The notes beneath the pieces were generated by a model. That model did no database searches and was not told where the DNA came from. It saw only the letters and a program-made list of their open reading frames with translations. From the NCBI RefSeq assembly GCF_018977255.1, contig NW_024704742.1:96536001-96600000 (forward strand): a stretch of DNA of 64,000 nt, read 5' to 3'. Within the stretch, counting starts at the first letter, position 1. The number at the start of each line of letters is the position of its first letter. Positions 58,561-64,000 of this stretch are shown piece after piece. Origin of the DNA: Callorhinchus milii (taxonomy: Eukaryota). A program made the translations under genes and the position numbers.

Positions 58561-59416
58561 GCTGTGTGGTGTCGGGGGGTGTGGGTGTCGGGGTGTGTGG
58601 GGTCGGAGTGTCGCTGTGTGGTGTCGGGGGGAGTCGGGGTGTGTGGTGTCGGGGTGTGTGTGTGGGTGTCGGGGGGTGTGTGGGTGTCGGGTGTGTGGGG
58701 GTGTCGGTGGGTGTGTGTGGGTGTCGGGGGTGTGTGGTGTCGGGGGTGTGTGTGGGTGTCGGGGGGTGTGTGGGTGTCGGGGGTGTGTGTGGTGTCGGGG
58801 GGTGTCGGTGTCGGGGGGTGTCGGTGTCGGGGGGTGTCGGTGTCGGGGGGTGTGTGTGGGTGTCGGTGTCGGGGTGTCGGGGTGTGTGTGTCGGTGTCGG
58901 GGGGTGTGTGTGTGTGGGTGTCGGGGGGTGTGTCGGTGTCGGGGGTGTGTGTGTCGGTGTCGGGGGGTGTGTGGGTGTCGGGGTGTGTCGGGGGGTGTCG
59001 GGGGGTGTGTGTGGGTGTCGGGGGGTGTCGGTGTCGGGGTGTCGGGGGGTGTGTGTGGGTGTCGGGGGGGTGTCGGTGTCGGGGTGTCGGGGGGGGTGTG
59101 TGTGTGGGTGTCGGGGGGGTGTCGGTGTCGGGGTGTCGGGGGTGTGTGTGTCGGTGTCGGGGGGGTGTGTGTGGGGTGTCGGGGGTGTGTGTGGGTGTCG
59201 GGGGGTGTGTCGGGTGTCGGGGGGTGTCGGTGTCGGGGTGTCGGGGGGTGTGGGGGGGGGGGTGTGTGTGGGTGTCGGGGGGTGTGTGGGTGTCGGGGGG
59301 TGTGTGTGTCGGGGGGTGTGTGGGTGTCGGGGTGTGTCGGGGGGTGTCGGTGTCGGTGTGTGTGTGGGTGTCGGGGGGTGTGTGTGGGTGTCGGGGGGTC
59401 GCTGTGTGGTGTCGGG
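58561..59416 (+). repeat. G-rich degenerate satellite of GGTGTCGG(G)n / (GT)n units
   Basis: About 850 bp almost devoid of A on the plus strand, with dozens of TGTCGG cores. GCTGTGTGGTGTCGGG occurs at both ends (58561 and 59401). Confidence 0.95.
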
Positions 59417-60349
59417 CGGTGCTGTTCGGCTGTGACTGTTGCGCCTTCACCTTCCAGAACAGCGCGAGCGAACAATGGGCAACAAAGTGCAACACTCGCA
59501 GACGGAACCCCCGGGACAAAGGTTGGAATCTTCCCTCTCGGAGCGTCGCGGAGTCCGGGATTCCAGGCGGTGGGTTCGGATTCCAGGCGGCGGGTCCTCT
59601 TCTCCACTCCCCCCCTCTCTCTCTCTCGTCCTTTTCCCCTCTTTTCCCCGGGACAACGCAAACAGAGAGAGAGAGAAAAAGCCCCCGACAACAATAACAA
59701 CAACGCCGAGCGACTGCGGCCACAGAGAACTACAGCTTTAGTTCAAGCTCGTGAGCTCGTTTGGCTGGAGAGCGAGTCGAGTCGAGTCGAGCCGAGCTAT
59801 CACCGCAGCCACAGAGCTACAGTGAGTTGCAAGCCACAGCCCGCCTTGCCTGCCTGTCCGACCCACAACCACCGCCACAACAAACACTTCCACAAGCACC
59901 AGTCCGAGGAGAAACGGCTTCCAAAGATATGCGACGACTCGTGTTTTGCTTTTGCTCTCTCTCTCTCTCTCTCTCGTTCTTCTGTCTCTCTTCGTCCGCT
60001 AATAGACACGAAAAGTACATACAGCGGATGTGTTTTTCCAACAAAAAAAAACCCTTTCGTGTTGACCAAACGTTAGAAGCGCTGTGTCATTAACATTCTT
60101 ACATATTCACACCCTCCTCCCCCCCCCCTCCACCGAAGCTCAACTTCACTTCAACGAGGTGGTGGTGGAAGGAGGAGGAGGAGGAGCAGCGGCGAGGGAG
60201 AGGGTGCCAGACTCGCACGGTGGGTGGAGTAGAGCAGAGGGAGGGGGTTGGGGTTGTAGCTCAGGTTGCACGCTGGTTGTTGTAGTCGCTGCATCGTGTC
60301 AACCCCGGCTGAGACCCCACTGACATCATCGCTCTGTCTCGTCCCACTT

Positions 60350-60780
60350 CCCCGCCGTCCCCTCGGTGAGGACTACACTTCCCGGCATGTCCCGCGGGCT
60401 TTGCCCACACCGGCCCCGCCCTCCTCGTTATCAAACACGGAATGATTGACAGCCGCCGCCGCCAACGGGAGCCCGGCGAGAGGCGGGGTTTGGTGACGTG
60501 CTCAGTTCTGACACGGTCGGCCAATGGGCAGGTGGCGGCGGGTGCGGGGTGGGGGGGGCGACGGGGATTTGATTGACGGGGGGGTATGAGGGCGGGGCTG
60601 CCCCGGCGGCTCCAGCCAATTGCCGGCCGGCCCACGTGGGGCAAAGCCGACGTCATTGCAGGGGCAGCCAATGGGGCGGGGGGTGGGCGGGGCCAAGGGG
60701 GGGGACGGTCATGCGCGAGGAGTTGGCAGAGAGGGCGGGAGGGGACATTTGCTCATCTGTCAGTCAAAGTAACGTGGGTC
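60350..60780. promoter_or_regulatory. CpG-island proximal promoter of TLE4
   Basis: ZNF143/THAP11-type ACTACACTTCCCGGCATG at 60372-60389. TGATTGACAG at 60443-60452, TGATTGACGG at 60570-60579 and TGACTGACAG (minus) at 60757-60766. CCAAT at 60521, 60616 and 60668. TGACGT at 60494 and GACGTCA at 60649. CACGTG at 60633. Several GGGCGG boxes. Lies ~2 kb upstream of the ATG. Confidence 0.8.
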
Positions 60781-60781
60781 C

Positions 60782-60814
<33 letters not shown>

Positions 60815-63120
60815 TGTGTCCCGTGACAGCGGAATGCTTTCCTCCCCGTTTCTCTGCTCCGTCCCCATCCGAGCGCCGCGCGGAATGCTGCTAATTGGGG
60901 GTCGAATGTCTCTTTGCAAAATACTCGAGCAATCTGTCATTATAGGGTATTACGAGAGAGAGAGGGAGAGAGAGAGAGAGAGGAGCACTGAGAGGCTCTC
61001 AGCCAACCGACCCGCGAGCAGAGAAAGGGCAGAGAGAACGACACCCACAGAGAGAGAGAGAGAGAGAGAAACATACACCGGAGCCCCTTCCCGGTGGTTG
61101 ACGCACACGCGCGCGTTTTTTTTTCCAACATAACTTTTTTTGCCTCAAATATTTGTTTTAACGCCCCCCCCCCAAAAAAAAAAGTCGTCGTCGTCGTCCG
61201 TCCTTCCCCCCACCACACCCCTCCCTCCCCCCCCCCACACACCCCTCCCCCCATTCAAAAAAACAAGCAAATGGTAAATGACACCTCGTCGGGGTTGGCA
61301 CTGACGTCGCGCGCTCCTTTCCTGCCCACATCGCGTTGGCTTTCATTGGTTTCGGTTTTGCTTTGCACCGGAGCAAATCTTTTTTTGGGAGGGGAGGGGG
61401 GAGATTGAGGGGATAATCGCCGACATCTCCCTCCCATCAGTTGCCCTCTTTAAGCGCCTCCTGACCCCCCCTCACGTCTCCGGGCGCGGCCCCGGTTTGA
61501 ACGCTCCCCCCAAACCTCCCCCCTCCCCCCCCCCCCCCCACACACACACACACACACCTTCAGCACCGAAAGAAAACGATCGAAAGGGGACGAAAGCGGA
61601 AACGCAAACCGATTAAAATGCAGCATCGCCCGCAACTGCGGGTCCGGGGGCTTAAACATTCATCTACAGGGGCAGGAAGGCACAGAAAGGGGGTGAAAGT
61701 GGGGGGGGGTTATTTGCCTATAACGTTACGCTGAAATAAATGGCTGTCTGTCGTGTGAAGCGATCTGATGGGAGAGGGAGAGGGGAGAGTTAATGTCCGC
61801 TAAATAATATCCTTTATGTCTGTGGCTTCCTGCAGTCAGAGCTCAGTCCCACACACACACACACACACCGCCACCGCCACCGAAAAAAAAAGTGAATGGA
61901 GGGCGAGAGGTGGGAAGGAGTGCAGTCACTGCCTTTGTGTTCTGCCTTTCGTCGTTGCCAACATTTTCGCTCATAATGCGCTATAGATTCCTTCCTTTCG
62001 CCGGAAGATTACCCCCATCACATCGCGGCCTTCCCTCTGAGAACAAAGTGGGTCCCTTATGTGTTCGGGGACACTGTTGCCTTTTTTTTGTTCTTTTTTT
62101 CTTCTTCTGGTTTCTGTTTACATTCTGCGCCATCGCCACCTTTTTTTTTGTTTGGGGGGAGGGTTTGATTCCGGGGAAGGAGCTGCACTTAAAAACAAAG
62201 TGCCATTGTGTTCGTTGGATTTGTTCGCATTCTGACTCTCTGCCAACAACATCATAAGGTGAAATAAATGATCACTGTTCCCGACAAAACTTTTCCCGTC
62301 TGTCCCCCCCCCCCCCCCCATACCAGGAATATAAAGCACACTGTTGCTGCAACTGTGCCCCAATGACTGGGACAAGGGAGAGAGCACAGTCAAAGGGTAC
62401 GACGTTTCCCCCCCAAAAAAAAATGCGGTCACTCGATCCGCCGCTGTTTGTGGGACGGACGCTGCTGCGCGCAATTGGCTGCCGCGTTTCGCCCACAACG
62501 TATACAGTCAATTCACCTTCCGGTATGATCTGTTCTCGAAGACGCGATAAGGCGCTATGTCAAATGCAAGTGTTAGTATTACTAGTTGTGGGCTCCACCA
62601 TCAACTCCCCTCTTCCATCTTTCCCTCTGATTTTGAATATGTGAGGAGGCTCATGGATTTCTTTGTGACAAAAATCAAGGCCATCTGCTCTGACATCTCA
62701 GCTAGAGCAGATCTTTCTCTCTCCACACCTTTCTTTACCCCCGGCCCTTTATTCGTTGCTTCTATCATGCTCACCGGTCTCTTCCCCCAACTACTCTCTC
62801 ACATGAAGTATACTATTTATACCTCAATCATCCACCAACCCAGTTTCTGGCTGCCCAGCTATGCATTTTAATTGATATTATTCATTCTGTATCCTCAGGA
62901 ACTATCCCTCGCCATTTAAAAGCAGCTGTCATCAGCCCCTCCCTTCTTAAAAGAAACTACCATCTTGTTGCCGCCCAACTATGGAATATAAAATAAGACG
63001 GTGTTTGTCCAGTTCTGCAGAGCACTGGTGATGGGTTTCCGCATATGTCAGACACCTGACTGACCCAAAAAATCTTAAGAAGGATGTACTCACCTCGGAA
63101 GGTGTCCAGTGATAGTTCAT

Positions 63121-63551
63121 TACTACTAATAATAATCCTTGCATGTGATCAAGCGCCTTAACATGAGATGTGTCAAAGCGCTTCACAGGATGTTCTGTAA
63201 AGTGGTGTGACCGTGTGTTTTGTGTGTAAATACAGGAGCCAATTTGTGCACACAAGTGTCCCTCAACAGGCATGGTGTGAGTGATCAATATTATGTGGGG
63301 TTAGTCGGCCAGGATCCCCAAAATAAACTGTCTTCTCTTTTCAAACAGTGCCATGGAACTTTGATACCCACCTCGCCGGGGCGAGGGGACCTTGGTTTAA
63401 CATCTCATCCGAAGGACAGAATCTCTGACGTTGCAGCATTCCCCCGCACTGCATTGGAGGGTCAGCATAGACTTTATGAGTTGTAAGTGCTGACGTGAGG
63501 CTTGAACCTGCAATCTTCTGATTCAGAAGCGGGAGGGCTACCAACTGAGCC
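63121..63551 (-). mobile_element. SacSINE1/DeuSINE-like SINE (family B), second copy
   Basis: GGCTCAGTTGGTAGCCC...GGTTCAAGCC...CTGTCCTTCGGATGAGATGTTAAACCAAGG...CCATGGCACTGTTTGAA...; (TTA)n tail. Confidence 0.8.
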
Positions 63552-63569
63552 AGCCTGACAGACTAGAAT

Positions 63570-64000
63570 AATACCTAGACTGAAGGGGATTCAACTTGAT
63601 GAGAGTCTGGGACTGGGGTTTATATTCCTTTAAACCGAGGAGGTAAGGGGTAATGTGATTTTGGTGTCTCAAATAATAAAAGAAATTGACAGGTTAGATA
63701 GTGGTCGAGGTAGATCCATTACAAGGTTGTACAGCCTTCAAATCAAAAATGCAATAGAACTGTCCAGTGTGGACTAGTTGGGCCAAATGGCCTCTTTCTA
63801 GTCTATGGTCAGGAAACATTTCCTGACACAGGGGGTTGTGAAAATCTGGAAGGCTCTGTCCCAGAAGCTGTAGACACAAAATCAATAGGGATGTTCAATA
63901 GAGAGATAAACAGATACGGTACTTGGGTAAGCAAGGTATTAAAGAGCATTGTAAAAGGTTGGGACATTGTAAAAGGGTGCAGCATTGAGATTAAAAGATC
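63570..64000 (+). mobile_element. CR1 3' fragment(s) running to the window end
   Basis: LGLYSF, RGNVI and FLTQGVVKIWKALSQK...FNREINRY motifs; an internal GGGCCAAATGGCCTC tail suggests two copies. Confidence 0.7.

Larger units (their letters stand above)
57100..62550. promoter_or_regulatory. CpG island spanning the promoter, exon 1, exon 2 and the start of intron 2 (boundaries approximate)
   Basis: GC and CpG density rise visibly against the AT-rich, CpG-depleted introns. Confidence 0.8.

Noticed and set aside
58384..60076. Long ORFs of 289-493 aa on both strands (Pro/Thr/His- or Gly/Val/Cys-rich)
   Set aside because: Artefacts of the A-free satellite, which cannot encode stop codons; low-complexity and overlapping in several frames.
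60095..60110. Possible donor (AT|GTAAGA, minus strand) for a non-coding first exon that would splice out the satellite
   Set aside because: The exonic context is weak and there is no clear matching acceptor; this cannot be supported from sequence alone.
60261..61408. ORFs of 100-186 aa in the promoter CpG island
   Set aside because: GC-rich and microsatellite-driven open frames with no recognisable domain.
1..64000. Prokaryotic-type systems (CRISPR arrays, operons, defence islands)
   Set aside because: The sequence is a spliced vertebrate locus. The repeated 14-mers at 19.6 kb are too short and too few for a CRISPR array, and no cas-like ORFs are present.

Overview
Vertebrate genomic DNA, probably from a cartilaginous fish. 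That call is inferred from the repeat content: SacSINE1/DeuSINE-like SINEs plus abundant L2 and CR1 LINE fragments. The window holds the 5' half of a Groucho/TLE corepressor gene on the minus strand, best matching TLE4. I reconstructed eight coding exons by hand, all with GT-AG junctions and a continuous frame: 58315-58338, 57942-58039, 56409-56472, 56184-56228, 26602-26664, 24045-24119, 2087-2270 and 38-54 (570 nt, 190 codons). They encode [190 protein letters not shown], i.e. the Q domain, GP domain and start of CcN. The rest of the gene lies beyond position 1. A CpG-island promoter at ~60.35-60.8 kb carries ZNF143/SBS, PBX-PREP, CCAAT, CRE and GC-box motifs. An ~850-bp G-rich satellite separates it from the start codon. 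Most ORFs in the supplied track are spurious or LINE-derived. I found no convincing new multi-gene system. The most interesting signals are regulatory: an in-frame alternative donor ([10 protein letters not shown]), a (CAG)5 tandem acceptor, a 17-nt microexon with a YCAY cluster, an apparent 8-aa GP-domain deletion, a uORF, a triple D-box/TAAT cluster, and inverted retroelement pairs flanking exons 5-6. Comparisons to other species' proteins and to repeat consensuses are from memory, not database searches.
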